Source of the DNA: Octopus vulgaris
Taxonomy: Eukaryota
Direction of reading: 5' to 3'
Assembly: GCA_951406725.2 (NCBI GenBank)
Contig: OX597826.1
Span: forward strand, 37,324,001-37,388,000
Length of the DNA: 64,000 bases
Part shown: positions 1-13,085 of the stretch, piece after piece
How the letters are laid out: every line of letters starts with the position of its first letter
How positions within the stretch are numbered: position 1 is the first letter of the stretch
The notes under the pieces: model-generated
What the model saw: the letters and a program-made list of their open reading frames with translations, nothing else
Database searches by the model: none
Told to the model about the DNA's origin: nothing
Program-made: the position numbers and the translations under genes

Positions 1-896
1 CCCTTGTATATTACAGTGTAAGTTAAAATTTCTCCCGGCTGGATTAGGCTTCAGATTATTGATAAAATAGAAGTAAATATTATTAACGTTTTATATCTTT
101 TCTCTACTTTACCATGCATGCCGAAACACCCACGTCTGTAACAATATTGATTGTTTATAAATGCACAACATAAGTGACTTATAGAACATCTCTGGCCAGC
201 TGCTGTAAGTATAAAAGGCACAATGCACCTCGAAGGAATTTTGCAGATGGAACCATGGGTGCAATAACGAAATTTATTGAATTCACTGATCTATCAATTC
301 ACTTAGTTTTTAATAATCATCAAGCCAAACAGAAATTTGTCTGCCGTGCAGTTAATGTGATGCTATTTGCGCCCCTGTTTCAAACTCCTCTGATGTCAGT
401 TTTGTCCTTTATGTTCCCAGCGCGGTGATAAAATGCCAGCTACATATTGATGTCTACTTATCTGTGACCAGGAATAAACTATGAAATACTGTAAGCAGGT
501 TATGATAAAGAATTAATATTCTCTTACTTCCATGAAATACAGGAGGGTTAAGCAACGTCCTAACAATCTCTTTTAACAATCAAAAATTCTTCAAAGAAAC
601 AAAGAAAATGACAGGAATGGGAGAACACCGATCTGCCGTGCAACAGGAAACACGTTTTCCGTTTTTACATTTTATTTTAGTTTTTCTGTGCTTGTCGATA
701 ATTCCTCCAATCTTGGACAAGTTGATGACTGTAGCTAACTTCAAACAAGGCCTTATCTGTTCACTTTATTTGAAAATACTTTGGAACACTGGCTCTACTC
801 GAGCGACTAATTCTCTCCTAAGGTACTTCGTTCTTTAATAATTATCTTTATTTTTGTATTTCAATCGCTCTTTTGCTCTAGATCTGTCTCACTCTC

Positions 897-919
897 TGTA
901 CATATATATACTTGCATGC

Positions 920-966
<47 letters not shown>

Positions 967-1004
967 CATACATACATACATACATACATACATACATACA
1001 TACA

Positions 1005-1035
<31 letters not shown>
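897..1035. repeat. (TA)n/(TACA)n compound microsatellite
   Basis: Directly visible; explains the YI/HT low-complexity ORFs. Confidence 0.95.
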
Positions 1036-1036
<1 letters not shown>

Positions 1037-1165
1037 CGACGGGCTTCTATCAGTTTCAGTCAAATCTTCACACGATGCCTTGGTCGGCCGGAGGCTGTAG
1101 TAGAAGACACTTGCACAACTGGCAACGCAGTGGAACTGAACCCAGAACCATGTGGTTCGGAAGCC
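1036..1165 (-). mobile_element. SINE family A, 5' half
   Basis: Reverse complement matches the head and body of the full copy at 56742-57170 (ccacatggttc.gggttcag...gcaagtgtcttctact...gaagcccgtc). Confidence 0.8.
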
Positions 1166-1208
1166 TATATAGCTATCTAGCTAGATAGCTACATAGATAG
1201 ATAGCTAC

Positions 1209-1252
<44 letters not shown>

Positions 1253-1498
1253 GTAGATAGGTTTAGATACTTAACTCTCCAACCTGAAGACGGAAGCCAG
1301 ATCAAACTAATGTATATATACTTCCAGTAGTGGTTGCATATTTTTGCGAGCTACATCGCCCAAAATTATAAATTAATTCCGCCCGCCCCCCAGAATATGC
1401 TGTCGGATAAGTAGCACCATACCGTCTCCCCTTAATATTATTATGTCCTTGTACTCTATGTAATTTTAGTATATTAATATATACATATTTCTGAATGT

Positions 1499-1844
1499 GG
1501 AGGCGCATAGGGCAGCAGACTCGTGGTCGTAGGATCGTGGTTTCGATTTCCAGGGGGCGTTGTGAGTGTTTATTTTGGTAAAACATCTAAAGCTCTACAA
1601 GGCTCCGACAGGGGGTGGTGGCGAACCCTACTGTAGTCTTTCATCACAACTTTTTCTCACTTTTCTTGTTCTGTTGTACCTGTAATTCAAGGCCAGCCTT
1701 ATCACACTCTGTGTCACTCTCAATCTCCCCGAGAAGTCCGTTAAGAGTAACGTGTCTGTGGAGTGCTCAGCCACTTTCACGTTAATTTCACAAGCAGGCT
1801 GTTCCGTTGATCCGATCAACTGCAAACCTCGTCGTCGTAACCGA
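1499..1844 (+). mobile_element. SINE family C (tRNA-like head) with target-site duplication
   Basis: ggaggcgcat head with B-box-like ggtttcgatttcc; GC-richer than flanks; flanked by TCTGAATGT (1490-1498) and TCTGAATAT (1845-1853). Confidence 0.7.
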
Positions 1845-2199
1845 TCTGAATATTTATACATGATCATTCATCTTCAGTTTTTGTTTTTTCATTATTTACA
1901 TGTTTAAATGTACATATATTTGGCATATCTAGCCCAATATTTCTCCCCCCACTCTTTCTGTCTCTACCTCTCTCTTTCTGTCTGTCTTTCTCTCTCCTTC
2001 CCCTCTCTCTCTCTCTCTCCCTCTCTCTACGAGAATTCCTGTGAATTAAACGTGGCTGTGTTTTTCAAAATAGAAGTGAACAGCTTTCTCCATGTGATCG
2101 GCTTGAAAAATTATTATCAATTGTAAATTATCAATCCATTGCAGTAATTAAATTTCAAAATGAGTATCTTTCGCTTTGAGCATAGCCTGCAAATGAGTG

Positions 2200-3200
2200 A
2201 TCACTGAGTTGCATGAGCGCCGTACGACCTATTTATTCAAATTGATCCATGTAGATAGAAGGTTTTACTTCAGATCTGATACATTTGAATAGGAGAGAAC
2301 AAAAATATTGCTCTCTAAGATGGACAAGATAGCATAGTCCATGGGAGGCCATACCGTCTTGTCACAAAAAAACCCTGCTGAAATACTGTTTGCACTACCT
2401 CTGTTTCAAACTGGATTTGAGGGCTGGTGCCCCTTCTTGAGTGAAGATGTAACGATCACCAATGGTCTCTGTGATCCTGGGTAACACTTTCCATCCAGCA
2501 GTTTCACATAAACTTCACTGTTGACCTTGACGCCAGCATCGATGAAGATCAAGGGTGATTTGGACCCCTCAAATGAAACTGCGGTCCACATTATGAGGGA
2601 AGCTGACTTCTGACAACGTAAATGACTCCTTCTACGTTAAGGCAAGTCTCCTGCAATACTTGCATAAAGCCTATCATTCTGCCTGATGGTAACTGCCTCT
2701 AAGGTGAAGATCTTCTCGTCGGACCAGATCAACACTCGCTTCATCTCACCTAACGTGGTTTTACCTCTGTCGAGCCGTTTTGTTTTGGAAAATCTTGAAA
2801 TTAACTGCCGGGGTTGCTTCTTGTATGCAGTTAACTTTAAACCCTTTTTCGAAATATCAAGTGCTTTTGCAGTTTTTCTTGCATTCGCCTGGGGATTTCG
2901 GTTCATTCGCTTATTCACAGCTTCAATAGTTTGTTTCGTACGAATTGATCGTTTCCTACAAAGAATTCCCTTGCTAGAGATAGTAGCGGACTCCATATGT
3001 CGTGTTCAGGTATTGTACGTTGATTTACGGCGCATATTCAACTGTTTCGTTATGTCCTTGTTGCTCACTCCTGTTATTTTCAAAGTAACAACCTGGTCAC
3101 ATTTTGCCTTCGACCCCGTGTTTGTTTACAAGTCTAGCCTGTTATTGACAAAAGAAACAATAAACACATGAACAAAAGACATGCAAATTTTTATGTAAAA
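2200..3200 (-). mobile_element. Decayed Tc1/mariner (maT/DD37D-like) transposase
   Basis: Fragments LIWSDEKIFTLEAVTIRQNDRLYA and WTAVSFEGSKSPLIFIDAGVKVNSEVY, plus HTH-like RNPQANARKTAKALDIS; frameshifted. Confidence 0.8.
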
Positions 3201-3575
3201 TATACATAAGTATGTTACAAAAAGAAAATAGAGACTACACATGGAAACGTAAGCGAAAATGCAATTTGGAAATCGAAAAAAGTAAAGGCTTTTTATGAAA
3301 AGTAACGATAGATATATACAATTAGATGAACTGAGGTAGAAATAAAAGTAATAAAAGTAATTATTCTGAATTGTTACATAGATTCAGAGTCATACCGGTT
3401 TCGTAAAATTACAGTTCACTGGCTTTGAATGCGAACGGTGTCGGGTCTAATAGACCCCAAGTAAAAAGATTATCTGTAAAGGAGGTAAGTAGTTCTGGTG
3501 CAATTAGGGTAGATATAATCATGTAATGTGAATGGTGTGGTGTATGGCATGTATGGGAGTTAGTGGTATTAACTG

Positions 3576-3810
3576 AAGGCGGCGAGCTGGCAGAAACGTT
3601 AGCACGCCGGGCGAAATGCTTAGCGGTATTTCTTCTGCGTTACGTTCCGAGTTCAAATTCCGCCGAGGTCGACTTTGCCTTTCATCCTTTCGGGGTCGAT
3701 AAATTAAGTACCAGTTACGCACTGGGGTCGATGTAATCGACTTAATACCTATGTCTGTCCTTGTTTGTCCCCTCTGTGTTTAGCCCCTAGTGGGTAATAA
3801 AGAAATAGGT
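3576..3810 (+). mobile_element. SINE family B, full copy
   Basis: aaggcggcgagctggcagaa head, B-box gagttcaaattcc, body gtcgactttgcctttcatcctttcggggtcgataa; TSD-like GGTATTAA(C/T)TG at 3565-3575 and 3808-3818; many other copies in the window. Confidence 0.85.
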
Positions 3811-3906
3811 ATTAATTGAAGGGTTACTAGTGTTCTGTATTGTTATGTGTTCATATTGAGTTGTGGAAGATATTTATTGCTGAACGTTGCCTCTTCATTC
3901 ATTCTA

Positions 3907-4017
<111 letters not shown>

Positions 4018-4267
4018 TATATGAGGGGTTTATTTCACTTATGATTTAAACTGATAGGTACGCTGCTTAAATGCTATAATTGGTCATCCGTTAGGTTCCA
4101 ATTTCATAGCAGGGGCTGGAGTTAGGGATTCGTTGTAAGCTTCGGAGTTAGCAGGTATAAATTAAAGGAAAATGGGAAACAAAACCAAGGCTGGACGAGT
4201 ATCTCAGGTCAATTAGTATATTTAATTAGAGTAAGAAGAATCAAAAAACGACAAGTAAAAGTAATTA

Positions 4268-4346
4268 ATGCCATACAGCTGTTTCTACGATATCCTAGGT
4301 GACAAGTCAACATCTCCATACACTGGGTACTCCATCATCAGAGACA
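4268..4346 (-). ncRNA. Minimal type I hammerhead ribozyme motif
   Basis: Minus strand reads tgtct-CTGATGA-[long stem II]-GAAA-cagctg-TA-tggca; helix III is palindromic (ACAGCTGT); stem I has one mismatch. Confidence 0.65.
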
Positions 4347-4354
4347 AGGTATGT

Positions 4355-4435
4355 ATGTCTCTGATGACGGAATTCCCATGCATGGAGATGTTACCCTTCC
4401 TTCACCTAGGATATCCCAGAAACAACTTCAGACAT
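4355..4435 (+). ncRNA. Minimal type I hammerhead ribozyme motif
   Basis: atgtct-CTGATGA-[stem II]-GAAA-caact-TC-agacat; perfect 6-bp stem I, eroded helix III. Confidence 0.65.
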
Positions 4436-4531
4436 TTATTACTTCTTTTTTTATTCACTTTACTCTAATTAGACATTCTAAATGGCATGATTTAATCGTC
4501 CTGCCTTGGTTTTGTTGTCCACTTTCCTTTA

Positions 4532-4798
<267 letters not shown>

Positions 4799-7700
4799 CG
4801 GAGGGCGAGAGACAAAGAGAGAGAGAGTCAGACAGAGACAGCAGAGAAAAATTGAGGGGGGAACCTGAGGGAGATTGAGAATATGCACAAGAAACTAATA
4901 TACATGTTAAATTTACATTATGGTCTCCAAGTAATTGTTGACAGTTGAATGAAGTAAGATAATATAACATATAGTGCCCTGTCTGCTCATCAGTAAACAT
5001 TTTTAGACGGATGAGGATGAACTGAATTCATGACATCTAAATTGAGACATATGTACCTTTCCTCGAAGGCCATAGTTTTTATTATATATTTCTGTACAAA
5101 ATACGGTAAATTAAACATAATATGGATTCGCTTTGCTAACGCTTGTCGTGGGATTTATTCAAACCTACCATAAACCTAAAGTCGTACAAGCATAAAAAAA
5201 CAATGATAGAAGTTTAGACATTTAACTCTAGGTCAATTCTTGCAAAATTTGGCATAAATTCCATGGAAGTACAAATGAACAGCTAGAATTTGTTGAATAT
5301 CTGTCAAAGTTTGGAATGTATATGAGTGTTTGCCAAACGAGAAGCGCTAGCATTTACAAGTTAAAGGGACTACAAAAAGTATAAAAATTGAAGAAATTTG
5401 TGGAATCCTTCTACGAAATCACTTTAGATCCAAATATTTTAAAATGCATGAGTAAAGATCGATTAATCGCAGAATTTCTGGGAAGAATTAGTTAGATGAT
5501 CATACATTAAGGAAGAGAGTGTCATAGCTTATTTCTGTCACATCACCCTGATATAAATTTACATTCATTTTCCCAATTCATATTTCAACAGAACTTGCAT
5601 TATATTCATTAACATGTCAGCAATTACTGATATAGCTGTATGCTTAGAGTAAAAGATCTTTGTCAGCGCTTACAGAAATGGAATTAATCCTTGCAGACAA
5701 GGTCTGAAATATTGGCGTTTTATCAATACAACTGACTCCGGTTCTTTATTCGCACCTCACTTTATGCAACCGAAGAGTGAATAAAAATGTTAACTTTGAT
5801 GAGATTTGAAATTAGAAATTAAGGCATTTGGTCAAACGCTTTAACGACTCTGCCACTTCATCTGTCCGTAATAATAGTGTTTAGAAAGAATTTTAATCAC
5901 GATAATCACAGAAAGGTGAAGAAGAAATCATTTATCATTAATCTGTGAAAAATAATTGGAAGAGTCCGTTTTGCAAACGTATCAGATATTAAATCGTGTA
6001 CAATATAACAGAAGCTGCTCCGAACATAAAAAGAAAAATTATCTTGGGACGGTTCCGGCGCCTTGACATGCCGAAGAGAATGATTTCGAATATTTCAGTT
6101 AACAGTATATTTATTATATATAAAATAGTAAACTTCCCTTCCGAATCAATAATTTGTAGCTAAACCTGCAAGAAATAGCCACCAAACCATCCTCAATATA
6201 TGCAGTACGATCTTAAATAAATGACGTATAAGACACTAGTGGACAATTTTGTTCCGTTATAAGTGCCGTGTGACAACCACCACTATTTAAATATTTAATA
6301 AACAGGACGGACCTGAGGTTATTGATCACTAATGGTCGCTAAAATCGTTAATCTTATACTTTGTCACAGAAACAGACAACGTTGGTCATACAAGGAGTAA
6401 TCATTCTCCCTCATTGCACCAACGTTTGCTGCAATGAAATATAAAAGCATTTTGCTCAAAAGTAGAAGCACTTTTATTGACACAACCACCGTACCTGATG
6501 TTCCATGATTTAATTCACACTCGTATTATCAGTGTGAAAGTGTTGTGAAATAAAAGAATCGGATAAAAAAAAAGCTTTGTAGCATTTAGTTAAGGCTTTT
6601 GGCGTTCGCAGATCAAATGCCACAGAAGTAACTTTAAATTTCACTCTTCGTAGTCCATGGAATAACGCACCCATTGAATACTTGGTCCGATCTGTTAAAA
6701 GATATCCATCCGCTAAACTTCCGACCTTGTAACAATGTAAAGAATGATTAGCATATCTGATTATATAGAGCAGTCAATTTCAGAGTCAGTAGAGCTTCGT
6801 TGGAAAAGACTCGTGGTATTCATTTCAATATTTTCATGTTCGGATTTGGAATCCGATGGTAGTGTATTTTGCCTTTCGTGGGTGGCAGCCAAAATAACCT
6901 ATATGGACTTGAACGCACCATCTATGAGCCACGAGCAGTAAGGTGTATTAGCATACGAAAGATATTTTCATTATTGGCAATTCCATTTTGGTAACAAATT
7001 AACCAGAAAAGTGTTTGCAATGCTTCTGACATTGATGAAGTGAATGCGGCGAAGATTTTAAATTCCCCCGCTGCACGTTGGGATTAGCAATACAAACTTG
7101 AGTACTGAAGGAATAACCCACAGTATTGACATTGGAGAGGAGGGTAAATATTCTGATTGAACATGGGAACACACATTCACGAAGATTTTCCACTGTAGTG
7201 AAAAAGCCTGAGGGGCGTGGTTAGAGACGAAAGGAATTTGAGACAATTATCAAAACATTCATGAAAAATGATCTCAAATCTTGTGAAGCTTCGCCACAAT
7301 GGACAGCATTTACATTTCGAAAGTAATTGCCGGGATTTGGGAAAATATTTCTCGACTTAATTCTCCGAATGTTAATGCAAACTCAAATGAAACATATTTT
7401 CAGTTTAGTTGTTCCTTAAAACGTTCTTTTTTCCTTCCTTATTCCCAATTTCTCTTATACTCTGCCCCTTATACTGGAGCACAATTCTACGGATAAGTTT
7501 CATCTAACAATCTCAGCCTTTTCGTTGTTGTAGTGGCAGTGGTGTATGATTCTTCGGATTTACAGGTGCAACTCACAGTGTTATAACATTTCTCTTCCAT
7601 TTTGAAGAGATAGAATTTCTTACAAGTTAGCCTTGAGTGCTTTCTGTAAATGTAGTTTCAAGAGGATTTCCAATTCTACACCATCCTTTCTAGAACGTAT

Positions 7701-8069
7701 GCGTATATTATTATATTTGCTCTCTCAGCGGCAAACACACTGTCTGGTTTTACGAAATTCTTTTATCTCTTTTTTCCCCGAGAAATGTGTTGGATGTTAA
7801 AAATCTACTTGTGAAAGAAGCAGGTCGAGGTTAACTTTAAGACAGCTGCTATGTGGACAATTTGTAATACCTGACCCTGTGTAATTGTCGCTGCTGTTGC
7901 TGTTTCCGCTGCCATTAAAAGTATTTGTTAGCCTTTGTGCAGTAAAGTTAATATTTGTCTTGTGTGCCTTGTTAATAAAATGTTCATTTACTCATATTTT
8001 TACTCAATTGTAGAATTCGTTTTTTTTTTCTAAATCTTTTTCATCTTGTTTACTATTATAATATTATTG

Positions 8070-8460
8070 CAAGCTGGCAGAAACGTTAGAACGCCGGGTG
8101 AAATACGTAGCCGTATTTCGCCTGCTGTTACGTTGTGATTTCAAATTCCGCTGAGGTCGACTTTGCCTTTCATTCTTTCGGGGTCGATTAAATAAGTACC
8201 AGTTACGCACTGGGGTTGATATAATCGACTTAATCCGTTTGTCTGTCCTTGTTTGTCCTCTCAGTGTTTAGCCACTTGTGGGTAGTAAAGAAATAGGTAT
8301 TTCGTCTGTCTTTACATTCTGAGTTCAAATTCCGCCGAGGTCGACTTTGTCTTTCATCCTTTCGGAGGTCGATAAATTAAGTTGCGTACTGGTGTCGATC
8401 TAATCGACTGGTGCCCTCCCCCAAAATTTCGAGCCTTGTGCCTAGAGTAAAAAAGAATAT
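8070..8460 (+). mobile_element. SINE family B, dimer-like copy
   Basis: A full unit (8070-8300) is followed by a second B-box and body starting at ggtatttcgtct, with a different tail. Confidence 0.8.
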
Positions 8461-10134
8461 TTTTGTCTCGTAACAAGCTCCGTGGCACCATTTTTTACAT
8501 GGATTTACCTTTATATGACTTGCCGAAGTCTTCCAGTACTCTCTGGAGTTTTGTCATAAATAGCATAAAAATCAGTCACATAGGTATTCGATTTCTTATT
8601 TCTTGTTCTTCCCGATGTTTTGTGTGTTTCTTGTTTTTGTTGCTGATATTAATAATATTCTCCTTTTGAAATATTGTACAGATATACAAAGAATATAGTG
8701 AAGAAAGCTGGGTGGTTGTGGAAATATCAAAAGATTTGTTGATCTCAAATAGAGAGATTCAGTGACCTACTCATTTACGGAATTCTGTTTCCTACTCAAT
8801 CACCAACAAAGCACAATTGCCCTACCATACATTTGTTGAAAGGAAGGTTATGTCTATTTTACTCTTTGTCTGTACATCAAGCTTGTTTGAGAGTAATAAT
8901 TGATTCTTCTTATATGTAGCTGCATCATACTATTTCATAATTTATAAACAAAGAATTTTGCGATAAAATATTTTCCAATATGCAAATATTCGAAATTCTA
9001 TTTTACCAATTGCAATTTGGCAGATGAAACCATTGTTAAGACACATTTTTGTTATTTTTCATTAAATATCTGTTTTTGTTAATATTTATTTTTATCTTCT
9101 CTCCTTTTACTTTTAATAAGACAATCAGATATATTCAAACGGACAAAAACAACGAAAATAGAAAAACAGTTTTCATTTTATATCTCGTCAAAAGTAGTTC
9201 TTTCATAAAATTACTGATTATGTGAAGATTTGATCTTGGAAATATTTCCCAAAGGATTTGAAATGAGGAAAATTTCAGAAATTATTTGTTCTCTTGATTA
9301 TTGTTTGACTATTGGATTCCCATCAGAAGAAATTTCAAGCAAATTTCGAAAGAAAGCCAACGCAATAATTCGGTTGTGGTAAGAAGTAAAAAAAAAAACT
9401 AATAAGAGAGAAATGGAGATTGTAAGAAATAAAAATGAGCAGCAGGTCTAAACAGAATCAATTTGGAGAATAGCTTTACACTTTCAACTTCAATTTGCTG
9501 AATTGGAAATGAAACGGAGCTGGCATCGAACGATTATGGCATGTTTGTTTTTTAATATGTCTAACACAAACTAAGATTTATAATAAATATAATGCACAAT
9601 TTATTATCACCATTCACAAAAATAAAACGCCTTTATAAAGAAAAGTAATAGGATAGAACACCATGGAAATTCTGAGACTCAGAGTTTAAGGAATTTAGCA
9701 ATTGGTGAGAAGTTCCATTCAAGAAAATTTGTAAAACACACACACACTCTCACTCTCTCCACCAACCCCTCTCTCCCTCCCTTATCTCTCTCTCCACCAA
9801 CCCCTCTCTCCTTCACTTATCTCTCTCCCTCTCTCTCCCTCTCCACCCATCTCTACTCCTCCCTCCTTTCTCTCTCTTTCTTTCTTTCTCTCTTCCATTA
9901 GTTGTTTGTCGTATTTTTCTCAACCTGCAGTTATCTATTTTGCTTTGTTTCCTTATTCGTCTAAATTATCAACGAGAATTTGTTGGAAGTAAGTCGTGAT
10001 ATGATCTCTTGTGCAGCTGCTATTCAATAAAATATTCAAGTGGCTTTCAGTATATTAATTCTAGTTTTTTCTTTGCTTACTTTTTTTTTGCGTTCTTTTT
10101 TTTATTGAATAGAGCTTTGATATTTAACCTCGTA

Positions 10135-10352
10135 AAGGCGACGAGCTAGCAGAATCGTTAGCACGCCGGGCAAAAATACTTAACGGCATTGCGTTCTTTC
10201 TTACGTTTTGATTTCAAATTCCGCTGAAGTCACTTTTGCTATTCATCCCTCCGGGATCGATAAAATAAATACCAGTTTTGCACTGGGCTTGATATAATCG
10301 ACTTAAAACCCACCTCGACATTGCTACTCTTTTGTCATAATTTGAAACCAAT
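10135..10352 (+). mobile_element. SINE family B, diverged
   Basis: aaggcgacgagctagcagaatcgttagcacgccggg...ttcaaattccgc matches the 3576 copy. Confidence 0.8.
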
Positions 10353-11559
10353 ATTTGACTTCATAGCACTGAACAATCTGGTAAAGTTATATTTGATTCG
10401 TGTGCCTCACTTATATTGCATTTATCCACGAGTGACATTTTACAAAAGCTCAAATGGAAATGTAACACATCCTACAAGAAATAATCAAGACACAGCTTGA
10501 TTATTAGGAATTAGAGAGAACTCCAACTCATATTCATGCACAGCTGAGTAGTACAATAAACTACACTGGATATTGAGGAAATACAAACATTTCTGGACCA
10601 ATTAAAAGGAAGCGAAAAAGTATAGTGTAAAATTTTGCTACATCTGGAAAAGTCTATTTGTTTATATATAACTCACCAAATGCGACTATTCGCGATGTAC
10701 GGATCATATGTTGAGTATACAACCATGTTCAATCGGTGACTACAACACGATCTCAACAAATTTTAATCGTTGATGCTGTATGTACCTATTTAGCACTTCT
10801 GTTGTTAAATGGAAGTTGTAGCAGGTTTTAAATCATTTAAATCACTAAAATGGTAAAATCCGGAATCCAAGGTATCTGGTGGTGATTCGAAGATAAAAAT
10901 ATAAATTAAAATGCGATTGGCTTCATCTTTTGTTCGAAATATCTCATATTGTGGACAATGAGTATTTTTACGCATGCACAAAATATTTTCTCTGGAGAGG
11001 TGTAGCTACCTGTAATTTTGGATTTAACAGTTGTCTCAGCAAATTTGCTCACTGAATTTCTTTTATCGGCGACCGTCTAAAAATAACTAATAGCCTTACA
11101 AAACAACAAAAAATTAACATGACTACAATCCATTAGAATTTACTTCGGATCTATCATTCTTATACACACATATGCGTATGCATGTAAGCATATATACTTA
11201 TATGTATAAGAATGCCAACCACTTTTCGTGATTTGCTACCTCAACAGCTCCTGTGTACGATCCATTGTCTAAAGACATCATCAGGACGAACAACGTACAG
11301 TTTCAGCCCCTACTCCTCTACTGTTATCGACGTGGCCCCCCCCCCCCCCCCCCACACACACACACATTTCCGAGGTATCTTCAGCTCTGGTGTCGAGTGC
11401 GATTTTTTTTCTTTCTCCTTCTTTCTTGAGCCTTTTGTTCTTTCTTCGATGTAGCGTCAACGAATGTCAGCGGGAGAATGGCCATCCTGCCAAATTTCTC
11501 TTTAAATACTCGTCAGCAGTCTCCTGCAGCCAGCACCCGCTAACTGTCACGTGACACTA

Positions 11560-12100
11560 TCTAAGCTTCAACTGACCAATAGAGGGTAAGGGCACCCCCG
11601 CTAAAGCTACTTTCCAACTGAGTGGTGTTTGTTTCGGTTCCAGCAGCCAGAGTTGACTTCCTGTCTGGTGGTACAAGCCTTCGAACTATCGGGGATGAGG
11701 ACGCGCCATGAACGAGATGAATTCCTTGGTCCACCTGTCAAACAGCAACGCTGCTTAAGTGCCAGCCAGCCTCACCTAACGACGCTATTTCCCAGCCGGC
11801 AAGTTATGGCTTTTGAGCCATTTGGGGTCTTCTCGTTTCAGCCATATATAGAAACTGGCTTTGTCGACTACTTCTTGTATCCTTCTTATTATTTTTTCAG
11901 CTCTAAGCTCGAAAATGCAAACCTTCTTTTAAATAACGTTGTCTTTTTCCTTTCAATGAAGCCTGTAGCCCCCACTTCCAGCTGGTAATACTGGACAGTC
12001 AATCCCTGTTCTCCGATCTCCTCGATTGATCTCTCATACCTCATCTCCGTCCGTTACTCTGCATTAGCGATGTTCTCTTCCCAGGCACTGTCAGCTCTAG
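11560..12100 (-). mobile_element. 5'-truncated REL-endonuclease LINE 3' end (HERO-like)
   Basis: Minus-strand translation ELTVP(W)EENIANAE*RTEMRY...LEVGATGFI...IRRIQEVVDKASFYIWLKREDPKW matches the HERO-type C-terminus; coding ends near 11804; the 3' UTR boundary is approximate. Confidence 0.7.
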
Positions 12101-12160
<60 letters not shown>

Positions 12161-12164
<4 letters not shown>

Positions 12165-12803
12165 TAAATAAATGATACAACGAAGTATCGATATTTACTG
12201 GAAAATAGCGAACGTAATAAATACGACGCTAATGTAAAGCTTCAGTGCGTATGTACTAGTAAAGATGCGTGTGTGCAACAAACGTGAAAAATTGTCTTAC
12301 CTCTAGGAAGAACATCTGAATTTTACCCTCACGGGCTATTCTTTACTGGAAAGCAATACTCTCGTATTACATTACTATTTTCATTGAAACTTCTTCACTG
12401 TTCTCGCTCTGTTAACGTTTTGGCGTTCAGACGAGTGTACTGGCATAGATGGCAACATTTGAAATATTGTTGAGGTTTATGCAGCTGATGAAGATAAATC
12501 AATATACGATTGGCATTCGTATTTTGAAAAATCCGAAACCGGTACTGCATTATCCGTTATCTAGGTTTTTTATTTTTCAGATGTTCTTCCTAGAGGTAAG
12601 ACAATTTTTTCATGTTTGTTGCACACACGCATCTTTTCTAGTACATACTCAGTGAAGCTATACATTAGCGTCGTATTTATTACGTTCGCTATTTTCCAGT
12701 AAATATCGATACTTCGTTGTATCATTTATTTACTTTTATGTATAATTTTACCCTCACAGGTTATTCTTTACTGGAAAGCAATACTCTCGTATTGCATTAC
12801 TAT

Positions 12804-12809
<6 letters not shown>
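12161..12809 (+). mobile_element. Non-autonomous Penelope-like element: inverted 5' arm + ~425-bp unit + direct-repeat tail, inserted in (TA)n
   Basis: 12161-12320 is the reverse complement of ~12576-12736; 12319-12384 is directly repeated at 12744-12809; internal HHR; (TA)n on both sides. Confidence 0.8.
12479..12550 (+). ncRNA. Minimal type I hammerhead ribozyme motif
   Basis: ATGCAG-CTGATGA-[hairpin gat/atc, tcaa/ttga, atacga/tcgtat]-GAAA-CCGG-TA-CTGCAT; 6-bp stem I, palindromic helix III, UA cleavage site; A.C mismatch at the base of stem II. Confidence 0.8.
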
Positions 12810-12852
<43 letters not shown>

Positions 12853-12866
12853 TATAAAGTGAGATC

Positions 12867-12899
<33 letters not shown>

Positions 12900-12902
<3 letters not shown>

Positions 12903-13085
12903 GAAATTTATACAAAAACAAAAGATAGAGACAGGTGTATGAACAACAAGAAAGTGTATTCGATTGACGCTCGGGAAAATGTAAAAAGTCTTTTAGGTTT
13001 CGAGCCTGAGCTCTTCGACTGAAGGGAATAAGAGAAAATAAACAGAGACAGAATGAAAAGAAACTTGTAGATTTAACCGATCTAA
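12900..13085 (-). mobile_element. Short repeat with decayed HHR-like motif (GAGC/GCTC stem family)
   Basis: Minus strand reads ttCAGTCGA-a-GAGC-tcag-GCTC-GAAA-cc-TA-aaag; related to 34250-34350 and 33084-33155. Confidence 0.5.

Noticed and set aside
4935-4995. Minus-strand CTGATGA followed by gcagacag...ctgtc
   Set aside because: No GAAA at the stem base and no UH/stem I, so it is not callable as an HHR.
6999-7280. Possible L1/RTE RT relic (NVQRG..SSP)
   Set aside because: Only one loose motif; too degenerate to call.
11260-11390. Minus-strand CTGATGA-tgtc-ttta-gaca and CTGAAGA-tacctcg-GAAA
   Set aside because: The first lacks GAAA, and the second lacks a pairing stem II and stem I.
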